64,000 nucleotides of DNA from Candidatus Multivorans sp. (GCA_965247095.1 OZ251997.1:448001-512000), one strand, 5' to 3'. Positions 1-10,449 are shown, counted from the stretch's first letter. Translations and numbers: made by a program. The notes: a model not told the origin generated them from the letters alone.

Positions 1-1901
1 GGCTGCAACTGCGCGAGGCCGGGGACGAGGACGAAGGCCGCAGGGCTTACCTGGAGCGGCAGATCCGGCGCCTGGAGACGCTCCAGACGTTCGCGCTGCC
101 CCTGATCGAGTTTCTCGACGCCCTGCCCGAGCACGCGGACTGGGGCTGGTGGCTCGAGCGTCTGCAGGAGCTGGCGACGATGGCGCTGCGCCGGCCGGAG
201 ACCGTGCTCGAGGTGCTTGCCGAGCTCCGACCGCTGGCGCAGGTCGACGAGGTGGGCTTGGCCGAGGTGGAGCGGATTCTGGGCGAGCGCCTGCGCTTCA
301 GCCGCAGCCGGCCGCCGAAGCGGCGGTTCGGCCGGGTCTTTGTCGGTGGCGTCGAGGAGGCGGCGGGACGGAGCTTCGAGGTCGTGTTCGTGCCGGGTCT
401 GGCCGAGGGCGTGTTTCCGCGGCGGGCGAAGGAGGATCCGCTGCTGCTCGACGAACGTCGCCGGACGCTGCGAGAGGCGGGCTACCGGTTGACCGAGGAT
501 CTGGGGCGCACCCGGCGGGAGCAACTGCTGCTTCGCCTCGCCATCGGCGCCGCGAGTCGCTGGCTGGTCGTGTCGTATCCCCGGGTCGACCTGGTGCAGG
601 GGCGCGCCCGGGTGCCGTCGCTGTACGCGCTCGATGTGCTGCGGGGCGCCGAGGGGCGCCTGCCGGACCTCGACGCGCTCGGCCGGCGTGCCGCGGCCGC
701 CGGCGCCGCGGTGGTCGGCTGGCCGGCGCCGGCCGAACCCGAGGACGCGGTCGACGAGGCCGAGTTCGATCTCGCCCTGCTGCGGCCGCTCCTGGTCCCG
801 GGCGCCCCGGTCGCGGAGCGCAGAGGACGGGCGCGCTTCCTCCTCGAGTCGAACCCGCACCTCAAGCGTGCCCTGGAGGCGCGCGGCCGGCGCTGGCGGC
901 GACCCTGGTTCCCGGTCGACGGCCTCGTGGACGCGAGCGCCGAAGCCAGGGAAACGCTGGCCGCCCAGCGCATCGGCGCGCGCTCCTACTCGCCGACCGC
1001 GCTCCAGAACTTCGCCGCCTGCCCCTACCGCTTCTTCCTCCAGGCGGTGCTCTACCTCAGGCCCCGCGAGGAGCTGGTCCAGCTCGAGCAGATGGACCCG
1101 ATGACCCGGGGCAGCATCTTCCACGAGATCCAGTTCCGCCTGTTCGGCGCCTTGGAGGCGGCGGACCTGCTGCCGGTGGCGCCGAGTTGCCTGGCGAGGG
1201 TCTTCGAACTGCTCGACGAGGTGCTCGCGCGGAGCGAACGCGACTACCGGGAGGAACTCGCGCCGCCGATCGAGCGCGTCTGGAGGGCGGAGTTCGAGGG
1301 CCTGCGGGCCGACCTGCGCGGCTGGTTGCGGCAGGTGGCGGACGAGGGCGGCCAGTGGAAGCCCATTCACGCCGAACTCTCCTTCGGTCTCAGGCGGTCC
1401 GGGGACCGGGATCCGCGCAGCAAGCGGGCGCCGGCGGAGGTGCTCGACGGGGCGCTGCTGCGCGGCTCGATCGACCTCGTCGAGGAGGACGCGGGCGGTC
1501 GGCTGCGGGTGACCGACCACAAGACCGGTCGCGCCGTTCACGCCGGCGGGGGCCTGGTGATCGGCGGCGGCAAGGTGCTGCAGCCGGTGCTCTACAGCCT
1601 GGCCGCGGAGCACGTGCTCGAGCGGGACGTGGTCTCGGGGCGGCTCTTCTACTGCACCCAGCGGGGTGGCTACAGCACGGTCGCCGTGCCGCTCGACGAG
1701 CGGAGCCGCGGCGCCGCCCGCCGGCTGCTGGACGCGGTGGACGGGGCGCTGGAGGACGGTTTCCTGCCCGCGGCGCCGGCGAAGGACGAGTGCCGGTACT
1801 GCGACTACCGGCGGGTGTGCGGCCCCTACGAAGAGTTGCGGGTCCAGCGCAAGGACGCGACGCGGCTCCACGATCTGCAGGCGATTCGGAGCGAGCGGTG
1901 A
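1..1901 (+). CDS. addB: AddB-like PD-(D/E)XK nuclease subunit of a helicase-nuclease complex (5' truncated by window edge)
   Basis: Frame is open from position 3. Motifs: SYSPTALQNFAACPYRF, LRGSIDLVE..VTDHKTG, LQPVLY and ECRYCDYRRVC (Fe-S staple cysteines). Stop overlaps the next start (GTGA). Confidence 0.85.
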   Translation, partial: LQLREAGDEDEGRRAYLERQIRRLETLQTFALPLIEFLDALPEHADWGWWLERLQELATMALRRPETVLEVLAELRPLAQVDEVGLAEVERILGERLRFSRSRPPKRRFGRVFVGGVEEAAGRSFEVVFVPGLAEGVFPRRAKEDPLLLDERRRTLREAGYRLTEDLGRTRREQLLLRLAIGAASRWLVVSYPRVDLVQGRARVPSLYALDVLRGAEGRLPDLDALGRRAAAAGAAVVGWPAPAEPEDAVDEAEFDLALLRPLLVPGAPVAERRGRARFLLESNPHLKRALEARGRRWRRPWFPVDGLVDASAEARETLAAQRIGARSYSPTALQNFAACPYRFFLQAVLYLRPREELVQLEQMDPMTRGSIFHEIQFRLFGALEAADLLPVAPSCLARVFELLDEVLARSERDYREELAPPIERVWRAEFEGLRADLRGWLRQVADEGGQWKPIHAELSFGLRRSGDRDPRSKRAPAEVLDGALLRGSIDLVEEDAGGRLRVTDHKTGRAVHAGGGLVIGGGKVLQPVLYSLAAEHVLERDVVSGRLFYCTQRGGYSTVAVPLDERSRGAARRLLDAVDGALEDGFLPAAPAKDECRYCDYRRVCGPYEELRVQRKDATRLHDLQAIRSER

Positions 1902-4900
1902 CCCCGATGGACAGGCACGCAGGCGCCCCGCCGCCGGCCGACGAAGCCGCCCGCCGGCGCATCCGCGAGGCGCTGGACGAGAGCCAGTTGGTGGAGGCGG
2001 CCGCCGGTACCGGCAAGACGACGGTGCTGGTGGAGCGTCTGGTGGCGATCCTGGAGGCGGGCCGCGGCTCGGTCGACGGGCTGGCGGCGGTGACCTTCAC
2101 CCGCAAGGCGGCCGGCGAACTCAAGCTCCGCCTGCGCCAGGCGCTCGACGCCCGGCTGATCGAGTTGCGCGGCAGCGGCGCGGCCGGCAAGCGGACGGCG
2201 AACCTCGAAACCGCGATTTCCCGCCTGGAGCAGGCGGCCATCGGCACGATTCACTCCCTCTGCGCCGACATCCTGCGCGAGCGTCCGGTCGAGGCCGGGG
2301 TCGATCCGGGGTTCGGAGAGCTGGCGGAAGACGAGGCGCCGCGCCTGTTCGCCCGCACCTTCGGACGCTGGATCGAAGAGCAGCTCGAGGCGATGCCGCA
2401 GGGCCTGAGGCGGGAACTGGCCCGCCTGACGGTGGGGCCGTGGTCGCCGCACCAGTCGGCGCTCGACCGGCTGCGCGAAGCGGCGTGGAGACTGGTCGAC
2501 TGGCGCGACTTCGCGGCGCCCTGGCGGCGCCCCGAGTTCGATCGGGAGACGGAGTTGGAGGAACTCTCGGCCGTGGTCGAGCGGCTCGGGGAACTGGTCC
2601 TCCACGGCCGGCCGGGCGACCTGCTGCGCCGGGGCCTTACGCCCGTCGTCGAGCTGTCGAACTGGATTGTCCGTACCCGGCAACTGGGTGGGGCGGGTCC
2701 CGGGCCGAATGGCGGGGATCGGGCCGACGGCCAGGAGGCGTTCCAGGACCAGTTGGAAGCAAGGCTCGTCAAGCTGCTGCGAGACCTGAGTGGGTTCAGG
2801 AGTCCGCGCAAGGGCCGCGGCGGCTTTGCGGAGGGCGTCGCCCGGGAGCAGGTCTTCGAGCTCTGGCGCCGGCTCCTGGAGCGTCTGCGCCGTTTCGAGC
2901 AAACCGCGAATGCCGACCTTGCCGCGCTGCTGAAGGACGAACTATCCGTCGCCGTCGAACGCTACGAGCACGCCAAGCGACTGCTGGGGAAGCTCGACTT
3001 CCACGACCTGCTGATCAAGGCCCGCGACCTGCTTCGCCGCGACCGGGAGGTGCGGCGCCACCTGCAGGCGCGCTACCGGCACCTGTTCATCGACGAGTTC
3101 CAGGACACGGATCCGCTGCAGGCCGAGATCCTGCTGCTGCTCGCCGCCGACGACCCGGACCAGGACGACTGGACGCAGGTCACTCCGGCTGCCGGCAAGC
3201 TGTTCCTTGTCGGCGATCCGAAACAGTCGATCTACCGTTTCCGCCGGGCCGATGTCGTGCTCTACCAGGAGGTCAAGGAGAGGCTCGCGGAGCGCGGCGT
3301 CGAGGTCCTGCACCTTGTGACCAGTTTCCGGTCCGTGGCGCCGATCCAGCGGCTGGTCAACGCGGCCTTCGCGCCGCACATGACCGGCGACCGGACCGCC
3401 GGCAGCGCCGACTACATCCCGCTGGGCGAGCACCGGCAGGCGATCCCCGGCCAACCCCAGGTCGTCGTGCTGCCGCCGCCCAAGCCCTACGGTTACCGCA
3501 ACGTCACCCAGCGGGACATCGAGGCGTGCCAGCCGTATGCGACGGTCGAGTTCGTGCGCTGGTTGATCCAGGACAGCGGTTGGAAGGTCGAGGTCCCCGA
3601 TCCGGACAATCCGGGTCGCTTCATGCGGACGCCGGTGCAGCCGCGCCACATCTGCCTGCTCTTCCGGCGCTTCCTGAGCTGGAACCAGGACACGGCCCGG
3701 GACTACGTCCGCGGCCTGGAGGCGCTGGGCATTCCGCACCTGCTGATCGGCGCCCGCTCCTTCCACGAGCGGGAGGAGGTGGAGGCGTTGCGATCGGCTT
3801 TGACGGCGGTCGAGTGGCCCGACGATCGACTCTCCGTCTACGCGACGCTCCGGGGATCCCTGTTCGCCTTCGACGACGATCTGCTCCTGCGCTTCAAGAC
3901 GCGCTACGGGAACTGGCACCCCCTGTTCTCGCCGCGCAAGGCGCGGGAGTGCGGCGAGCCGCCGGAGGAGTTCGCCTCCCTCGTCGATGTCCTCGACTTC
4001 CTCGGCACGCTCCACCGGCGGCGGAACTACCGGCCGATCGTGCAGACGGTGCAGGAGATTCTGGCCAAGCCGCGCGCCCAGGCGGCGATGGCGCTGCGGC
4101 CGGCAGGCAACCAGGTGCTGGGCAACGCCCAGCGCGTGTGCGATCTGGCCCGCCGCTACGAGGTTGCCGGCGGCCGTTCGTTCCGTGGCTTCGTCGAGCA
4201 GTTGGACGAGGAGGCGGAACGGATCGGAGGCGCCCAGGCCCCGGTAGTCGAGGAGGACGCCGAGGGAGTCCGCGTGATGACGGTTCACACCGCGAAGGGA
4301 CTGGAGTTCCCGGTCGTCATCCTCGCGGACATGACGGCGAAGCTCTCGCGCGGCGCCGAGCGAACCGTACGCAGTGGGGACGAGCTCTGTGCGATGAAGC
4401 TGCTTGGACTCTCGCCTCAGGAACTGCTCGACGCCTCGGAGGTCGAGGACAAGAGGGAGGAAGCGGAAGGCATCCGGGTCGCGTACGTGGCCGCCACGCG
4501 GGCCCGGGATCTGCTCGTGGCGCCCGCGGTCGGCGACGTGAAGCGGCCGGGCTGGATCGAATGCCTCAACGACACCGTGTACCCGGGATCGGACGGTTGG
4601 CGCGGCTCGGCGCCCGCCGAGGGCTGCCCCGAGTTCGGCGACAGGTCGGTCGCCGCGCGCCCGTCGGACTACGACCGCATGCCGGAGCGGTCCGTGAGAC
4701 CCGGCCGGTACCGGTTCCCGCAGGCGGCTGGAACGGACGGCGCGGCCGACGACGCTCCGGACTACGACGTGGTCTGGTGGGATGCGGACCTTCTGAACCA
4801 GGAGCCTCCGGCCACCTACGGCCTGCTGGGCGAGGATCTCCTGGTCGAGGGCGGTGGCGCCGCCGCCGATGCGAGTCGCGAGCGGTTCGAACGGTGGCGT

Positions 4901-5545
4901 CGCCGGAACCAGGAACTGCTCGCGTCCGGCGGGCGTCCCTCGGTGCGGCCTGAAGCGGTCACCGGGCTCGACTTCGAGCCCCCCGGGCCAGTGGCCGAGG
5001 TCTTGGTCGAGGAACTGGAGCGTCGCCGAGACCGCCCGGGCGGCGTCCGGTTCGGCAGTTTGGTGCACACCGTGCTGCGGGACGCCCCTCTTGCCGGCGA
5101 GCCGGACCGGATCCTTGAGTTGGCCCGGCTGCACGGTTCCCTGCTGGCGGCTGATGCGGCGGAGATCGAGGCCGCGGTCGCGGCGGTGTCGGCCGCCCTT
5201 GCGAGCCCGGCCGCGCGCGCCGCGCGGGACTCGCCGCGGGTGCTGCGCGAGACCCCGTTCGTGTTGCCTCTACCGGCCCCGGAAGGTGGCAGCGAAGACG
5301 GTGAGGATGGCCGCGGAATCGTCGAGGGGACGGTCGACCTCGCCTACGTCGACGAGGACGGCCGCTGGATCGTCGTCGACTGGAAGACGGATCTGGGCGA
5401 TCTCGACGCACCGGCCGGCGGCGGCGACCCCGGCGCCGAGGACGTCCCGCGGGGCGAGGCGTACCGCCGCCAGGTGCGCTGGTACTGCTACGCGTTGGAG
5501 CAACTGACGGGCGCGCCCGCTTCGGGGCGGCTGGTGTTGCTGTAG
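1898..5545 (+). CDS. addA: AddA-like UvrD-family helicase with C-terminal PD-(D/E)XK nuclease
   Basis: Motifs: VEAAAGTGKT, VTFTRKAAGEL, IDEFQDTD, VGDPKQSIYRFR, MTVHTAKGLEFP, YVAATRAR and C-terminal EGTVDL..VDWKT. True start is GTG 1898 or ATG 1907, not 149. Confidence 0.9.
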   Translation: MTPMDRHAGAPPPADEAARRRIREALDESQLVEAAAGTGKTTVLVERLVAILEAGRGSVDGLAAVTFTRKAAGELKLRLRQALDARLIELRGSGAAGKRTANLETAISRLEQAAIGTIHSLCADILRERPVEAGVDPGFGELAEDEAPRLFARTFGRWIEEQLEAMPQGLRRELARLTVGPWSPHQSALDRLREAAWRLVDWRDFAAPWRRPEFDRETELEELSAVVERLGELVLHGRPGDLLRRGLTPVVELSNWIVRTRQLGGAGPGPNGGDRADGQEAFQDQLEARLVKLLRDLSGFRSPRKGRGGFAEGVAREQVFELWRRLLERLRRFEQTANADLAALLKDELSVAVERYEHAKRLLGKLDFHDLLIKARDLLRRDREVRRHLQARYRHLFIDEFQDTDPLQAEILLLLAADDPDQDDWTQVTPAAGKLFLVGDPKQSIYRFRRADVVLYQEVKERLAERGVEVLHLVTSFRSVAPIQRLVNAAFAPHMTGDRTAGSADYIPLGEHRQAIPGQPQVVVLPPPKPYGYRNVTQRDIEACQPYATVEFVRWLIQDSGWKVEVPDPDNPGRFMRTPVQPRHICLLFRRFLSWNQDTARDYVRGLEALGIPHLLIGARSFHEREEVEALRSALTAVEWPDDRLSVYATLRGSLFAFDDDLLLRFKTRYGNWHPLFSPRKARECGEPPEEFASLVDVLDFLGTLHRRRNYRPIVQTVQEILAKPRAQAAMALRPAGNQVLGNAQRVCDLARRYEVAGGRSFRGFVEQLDEEAERIGGAQAPVVEEDAEGVRVMTVHTAKGLEFPVVILADMTAKLSRGAERTVRSGDELCAMKLLGLSPQELLDASEVEDKREEAEGIRVAYVAATRARDLLVAPAVGDVKRPGWIECLNDTVYPGSDGWRGSAPAEGCPEFGDRSVAARPSDYDRMPERSVRPGRYRFPQAAGTDGAADDAPDYDVVWWDADLLNQEPPATYGLLGEDLLVEGGGAAADASRERFERWRRRNQELLASGGRPSVRPEAVTGLDFEPPGPVAEVLVEELERRRDRPGGVRFGSLVHTVLRDAPLAGEPDRILELARLHGSLLAADAAEIEAAVAAVSAALASPAARAARDSPRVLRETPFVLPLPAPEGGSEDGEDGRGIVEGTVDLAYVDEDGRWIVVDWKTDLGDLDAPAGGGDPGAEDVPRGEAYRRQVRWYCYALEQLTGAPASGRLVLL

Positions 5546-5574
5546 TTCGCTCGAATCCCCCCGCGCGGAGACGC

Positions 5575-6378
5575 CTACAGCCAGCCGGCCGGCGCCGGCT
5601 CTGGCAAGGCCGGTGAGTTGCCGAGTAGCCACTCATAGGCCGGCTGGGCCTCAATGTCCTGCGGTATCTCGGAAGGGAGGGCTGATCGCCCCAGAGTCAG
5701 CACCAGCTTGCGCGCGTTGGGAAAGCGGCTCTCAGCGGCGACCAGCGCCCGGATCTCCCGGTTCGCGGCGCCGGCGTCGGACGCATCGGCGCACACCTGG
5801 ATCAGTTCCGTCTCGCCGCTGGGCGACCGGGCCAGGAAGTCGACCTCGTAGCCCTCCGGCGTGCGCACATAGGTCACTTCGCACCCCCGGCGCTCCAGCT
5901 CGATGAGGACCGTCGCGATCTCTCGGGAGAGGAGACCGGCTGAGGATCCTGAGATGTACAAGTCGGCGTGTCGGGAGTCCAGCAGGCGCCTCACGAGGCG
6001 CTCCCAGCCGGGCACGACCTGAATCTCGTCGAGGAACCAAGCTTCGGGCGCGGCCTCCACGCCGTCCAGGTAGCGGCTCGGGTACTCGTCGATCAAGACT
6101 CCGAGGGACAGGGCGTCCAGTCCCGCGAACCGCTCTTCTTCGAGCCTGAGGAACGGTAGCTGCCAGGGTGCTGCGCCCCGCGCAATGCTCTCGGCTCTCA
6201 ACTGGTGCAGGAACGTGGTCTTGCCCGCGCGCCGCATGCCGATGACGGACGTGACCTTGCCCGGCAGCCCGATGCGGCCAAAGACTCGACGCCTCGTAAA
6301 GGGCGGACCGGCGTCTTCCAACCCTTCGGCAAGCTGCGCGTCGAATGCGCGTCGGAGGCGCTCGAGGTCCGGGGTCAT
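5575..6378 (-). pseudogene. AAA+ ATPase/DUF4143-family protein with a large in-frame internal deletion
   Basis: Walker A GMRRAGKT and Walker B FLDEIQ are present. SGSSAGLLSREIAT then jumps straight to the C-terminal VLIELERRG..YVRTPEGYEVDF..LIQVC, so the usual middle region is missing. Confidence 0.7.
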
Positions 6379-6417
6379 GGCGCTAGGATTTCTCCTCGCC
6401 AAGGGGAGAAATCGACC

Positions 6418-7155
6418 TCACACCTTTGCTCTGAGCGGAACGCGTGGACGCCATTTGACCGTCCCCTTGCCGTTCACGAAGACCTCGCCCAAGGAGCACT
6501 TCTCCCTGACATATATGGCGAATCCCTCCTCTGCGATCGTCCCCACAACCTCGCGGTCCACGACGAGGTCGAATACCTCCCGCCTTCGGAGTGTCGCCCC
6601 CTCGCGGGGAAGAATGAGCCGAAAGCCGGGAGGAGCATCGCTCGGTACTTGACCGACGTTGGATAGCTCCTTCGCAGCGCGCTCCCACGCGTCTCGGGCC
6701 GATGTCGGGTCGGGCGCCAAGCCGGATCCGCGTGCGGCATCCTCGGCTTGAGTCGCCGAAGCGGCGGTTCCTGCCGGCTTCCGCTTGTCTACTGGAACAG
6801 CGCGCCCAAGGTCAGAGCTGGCTGCGTCATTGGCGGTGGGGAGAGTGGACTTGGCGTCAGGGTCGCTATTGCCTGCGCCGCCGGGTTTGTCCGGTTCGCT
6901 GTCAAGTTTGTAGACGACCTGCCCTTCGGGAACGCCGGCTCTCATCTCGTCCTCCAACCGGTTCACGAGCGCCGGAGGCCACCCGTAGTAGCGGGCCGCT
7001 TCGCGCAGATTCACGAATCGGACAGCGGTGCGCTCGGCCTGCGCCAGCGTAACCGCGTCCAGCCGGCCTCGACGGATCGCCGCCCTGACCGCCGGCACCG
7101 TCACACCGGCCAGTCGCGCGGTGAGCTTGATTGAGAGAAGAACGATACCGGCCAC
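6418..7155 (-). CDS. Hypothetical protein with an N-terminal excisionase/MerR-like HTH
   Basis: LSIKLTARLAGVTVPAVRAAIRRGRLDA resembles a winged HTH, followed by a low-complexity linker and a small C-terminal domain. GGAGG and a TATAGT -10 lie upstream on the minus strand. Confidence 0.55.
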   Translation of the reverse strand: MAGIVLLSIKLTARLAGVTVPAVRAAIRRGRLDAVTLAQAERTAVRFVNLREAARYYGWPPALVNRLEDEMRAGVPEGQVVYKLDSEPDKPGGAGNSDPDAKSTLPTANDAASSDLGRAVPVDKRKPAGTAASATQAEDAARGSGLAPDPTSARDAWERAAKELSNVGQVPSDAPPGFRLILPREGATLRRREVFDLVVDREVVGTIAEEGFAIYVREKCSLGEVFVNGKGTVKWRPRVPLRAKV

Positions 7156-7212
7156 TGTTCTTGTTGTCCTCCGTCAACGTGTGACGAGAGGTTACTATAT
7201 GTCGCATCGTAA

Positions 7213-8343
7213 CTACAGCACCTCGCCGATGTAGCGCTCCCTCGCCAGACGCCAGAAGACGACCAGGAAGGCGGTCAACGGAATCGCCAGGATCATGCCG
7301 GCAATGCCGTTGAGGGCCGAGCCCCAGAAGAAGACGGCGACGATGATCGCCATCGGGTGCAAGCCCGTGCGATCGCCCATGATCCGCGGCGTCAGCACGT
7401 AGGCCTCTATGAGCTGGACGAGCACGAAGACGACCAGCACCCAGATCACCAGACCGATCCCGCCGCCCTGCTGCCAGTACGCGATCGGCAGCGCCACTGC
7501 CAGACCGACGATGCTGCCGAGGTAGGGGATGATGTTGAGGAAGCCCAGCATGAGTCCGAGGACCAGGCCGTAGCGCAGACCGGCGATGGAGAAGCCGACG
7601 GCGAACAGCGCGCCCTGGAGGAAGGCGATGACGAGCTGGCCGCGGAAGAACGCGACGAGGATGTCGATGAACTCCTGGATGAGATAGATCACGTCCTCAC
7701 GGGTCCTCGGCTTGAGGAAGGGGAAGAGGTGGTCCAACTTGCGGAAGCGGTCCGGCTCGACCATGAGGAAGAAGCAGAGGTAGACCGGCAGCACGGCCCA
7801 GGCGAAGAGGGAGGCGAGGCCGGCGGCGATGCTCTGGAGTACCTCCACTGCCGTATCGCCGACGATGCCGAAGCTCGAGAGCAGGTTCGAGTCTCCACCC
7901 TCGAACGCCTCCCGCACCTGGATTGCGACCGGGTTCGTTTCCAGGAACTCGGTCACGACAGGCGAGATCTCGGCCGTCCAGTCGACGATGCGGTCCCACG
8001 CGCCGGGGAGCGCATCGAGGAGTTCGTCGATCTGTGACGCCGCCATGGCGCCGAAGAACCAGGCGAAGCCGACGACGGGTACGAGCAGGGACAGCAGCAC
8101 AGCGGCCACAGCGAGGATCTTCGGGAACCGCAGCCGTTCGTTGAGCAACTCATAGTACGGCCGGAGCACGAACGCCAGCACGGCCGCGACCGCCAGCGGC
8201 AGAAAGACGCTCGAGAAGGCGGCGAAGAAGGTGCCGATGGCCCAGAACAGCGCCACCACCGCGGCCAGGATGACGGCGGCCGCGGCGATCGTCGCCGCGG
8301 CAGCGACGGTGGCGCGCTGGCGTTCCGAGAGTTCGATCTGCAC
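7213..8343 (-). CDS. AI-2E family transporter
   Basis: Multi-TM protein with FFRGQL, LNIIPYLG and LTPRIMGDRTGLHP..GMILAIP. Start set at GTG 8343, downstream of GAGGA. Confidence 0.9.
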   Translation of the reverse strand: MQIELSERQRATVAAAATIAAAAVILAAVVALFWAIGTFFAAFSSVFLPLAVAAVLAFVLRPYYELLNERLRFPKILAVAAVLLSLLVPVVGFAWFFGAMAASQIDELLDALPGAWDRIVDWTAEISPVVTEFLETNPVAIQVREAFEGGDSNLLSSFGIVGDTAVEVLQSIAAGLASLFAWAVLPVYLCFFLMVEPDRFRKLDHLFPFLKPRTREDVIYLIQEFIDILVAFFRGQLVIAFLQGALFAVGFSIAGLRYGLVLGLMLGFLNIIPYLGSIVGLAVALPIAYWQQGGGIGLVIWVLVVFVLVQLIEAYVLTPRIMGDRTGLHPMAIIVAVFFWGSALNGIAGMILAIPLTAFLVVFWRLARERYIGEVL

Positions 8344-8430
8344 GGGTGTTCGTCCTCGGCGGGACGCTACCACCTGGCCACCGGCAGCTTGAGCGAACGC
8401 CGCGCGCGGCCGCTCCGTATACTCCTTCGC

Positions 8431-9027
8431 ATGACCGTGACGCTGCTCGACCGGCCGCCGCGGACGCTGACGCGCAGTTTGGGGCCGTACCGCCGCTGCG
8501 ACTACATGGCCCTCCCCGATGAACCCCGCTGCGAGTTGATCCGCGGGAGGTTCTACCTGAGTCCCAGCCCTATTGTTCTCCATCAGTTGATCGTCGGGCA
8601 CCTGTTCCGCCTGTTCTTGGATGTGGCCGATCGCACCGGAGGAACCGCGATCGTGGCGCCGATGGATGTCCACCTGGCGGATCACTCGGTGGTCCAGCCC
8701 GACGTGATCTACGTCTCCCCGGAGCGCGGCGAGATCGTTCAGGATTGGATGGAAGGCGCGCCGGACCTCCTGGTCGAGGTGCTGTCGCCATCGACCGCGT
8801 CGCGGGACCGGGTCCACAAGCTCGACCTCTACGCGACGGCCGGCGTGCGGGAGTACTGGATCGTCGATCCGCGGCAGCGCCGGATCACGTTCCTTGTTCA
8901 CGACGGCGAGGGCTTCGCCGAGGGGGTGCCGGAAGGCGCTGGCTACGAGTCGCGCGTCGTGCCGGAGATCAGGCTGAACATGGACGAACTCTGGGCGGCG
9001 GTCGACCGGAAGTTCGCGAACGCCTGA
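8431..9027 (+). CDS. Uma2 family restriction-endonuclease-fold protein
   Basis: Motifs: ELIRG, SPSPIVLHQ, QPDV, GAPDLLVEVLSPST, KLDLYATAGVREYWIVDP. TATACT lies 7 nt upstream of ATG 8431. Confidence 0.9.
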   Translation: MTVTLLDRPPRTLTRSLGPYRRCDYMALPDEPRCELIRGRFYLSPSPIVLHQLIVGHLFRLFLDVADRTGGTAIVAPMDVHLADHSVVQPDVIYVSPERGEIVQDWMEGAPDLLVEVLSPSTASRDRVHKLDLYATAGVREYWIVDPRQRRITFLVHDGEGFAEGVPEGAGYESRVVPEIRLNMDELWAAVDRKFANA

Positions 9028-9061
9028 GGGCCGCGCCGTAGAGCGGCCTGCTGTTCAGGTT

Positions 9062-9090
9062 CCTGGGAACGCGGGCATCCTGCCCGCATC
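9062..9090 (+). repeat. REP-like palindromic repeat, copy 1
   Basis: CCTGGGAACGCGGGCA-TCC-TGCCCGCATC hairpin. Near-identical copies at 16448, 16504 and 48172. Confidence 0.8.
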
Positions 9091-9174
9091 CGGGCCGAGG
9101 CCCGGCTCGGCTCGCGCTCGAAGCTCCGTTCAGAGCGCCCCCGCATTGCGGCTGGATGGATACGATCGGCCCCC

Positions 9175-10449
9175 ATGGCTGCGAAACACCGATTCCAAAG
9201 CGTCAAGGGGATGCGCGACCTCTTGCTGGACGAGGCCGCGGCCTTCGCGGCCGTAGAGGACACGGCGCGCCGGGTGTTCTCGCTCTATGGCTACCGCGAG
9301 GTGCGCACACCGGTGGTGGAAGAGACAGAGCTGTTCGTGCGCGGAGTCGGCGAAGGCAGCGAGATCGTCGGCAAGCAGATGTACACCTTCGACGACAAGA
9401 AGGGGCGCAGCCTGACGCTCCGGCCCGAGAGCACGGCGGCGGTGGCGCGGGCCTATCTGCAGCACGGCATGGCGTCCTGGCCCCAGCCCGTCAAGGTCTT
9501 CTACATGGGGCCGCACTTCCGCTACGAGCGGCCGCAGGCGGGCCGCTACAGGCAGTTCCACCAGATCGGCGCTGAACTGATCGGCGATCCGGGGCCCTAC
9601 GGCGACGCGGAACTCCTGGTCATGCTGCTGCGCTTTCTGGAGGAACTCGGCTTTGAGGACCTGGAGGTGGGCCTCAACTCCGTGGGCGATCCGGACTGCC
9701 GCCGGCGCTACTCCGGGCTGCTGCGCGAGTACCTCGAACCGCATCGGGACGAGTTGGGCGCCGACAGCCGTCGCCGCCTCGAGACGAATCCGCTCCGCAT
9801 CCTCGATACGAAGGCGCCGGTGGAGCGGAAACTGCTCGAGAGGGCGCCGCGCCTGCTCGATGTGCTCGGGGACGGGGCCCGCCGGCACTTCGAGGTAGTG
9901 CGCGAACAGCTCGAACGGTTCGGCGTCGCCTACCGGGTCGACGATCGGCTGGTGCGCGGCCTCGACTACTACACGCGGACCGTGTTCGAGATCACCTCGG
10001 CGGCACTGGGCGCGCAGAACGCGATCCTGGGCGGCGGCCGCTACGATGGCCTGATCGGCGAGCTCGGCGGTCCGAGCGTGCCCGGGATCGGCTTCGCGAT
10101 CGGCGAGGACCGGCTGGTCGATGTGCTGCCGGCGGCGTCGCCGGCGCGGGCCGCCGGCGCGCCGCCGGTGAGTGTCCTCATCGTCGGCGAGGCCCACCTG
10201 CGGCAGGGTCTGGAGCTCACCGAGGAGTTGCGCGCGGCCGGTGTGCCGGCGATCTGCGACCTGGCCGCCGGCACGCTGAAGGCCGGTCTGCGCAAGGCGA
10301 ACCGCCGCGGATGCCGATGGGTCGTGCTGTTCGGGGAGGACGAAGAGGCCGCCGGGACGGTGGTGCTGAAGAACTTCGAGAGCGGCATCCAGGAGACGAT
10401 CCCGCGCGAGGGTTTCGCGGCCGCGATAGCGGCGAGGATTTCGCCCTGA
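9175..10449 (+). CDS. hisS: Histidine--tRNA ligase
   Basis: Motifs: LRPESTA, FRYERPQAGRYRQFHQIG, LVRGLDYY, GGGRYD. Confidence 0.97.
   Translation: MAAKHRFQSVKGMRDLLLDEAAAFAAVEDTARRVFSLYGYREVRTPVVEETELFVRGVGEGSEIVGKQMYTFDDKKGRSLTLRPESTAAVARAYLQHGMASWPQPVKVFYMGPHFRYERPQAGRYRQFHQIGAELIGDPGPYGDAELLVMLLRFLEELGFEDLEVGLNSVGDPDCRRRYSGLLREYLEPHRDELGADSRRRLETNPLRILDTKAPVERKLLERAPRLLDVLGDGARRHFEVVREQLERFGVAYRVDDRLVRGLDYYTRTVFEITSAALGAQNAILGGGRYDGLIGELGGPSVPGIGFAIGEDRLVDVLPAASPARAAGAPPVSVLIVGEAHLRQGLELTEELRAAGVPAICDLAAGTLKAGLRKANRRGCRWVVLFGEDEEAAGTVVLKNFESGIQETIPREGFAAAIAARISP

Noticed and set aside
149-1897. N-terminal ~580 aa of the 1798-aa ORF, suggesting a giant fusion or overlapping gene
   Set aside because: Arg/Gly/Ala-rich shadow frame over addB. 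Helicase motifs begin only after the GTGA overlap at 1898.
1-1901. Cas4-like nuclease as a sign of a CRISPR system
   Set aside because: The Fe-S PD-(D/E)XK domain is the tail of an AddB-like subunit coupled to an AddA-like helicase.
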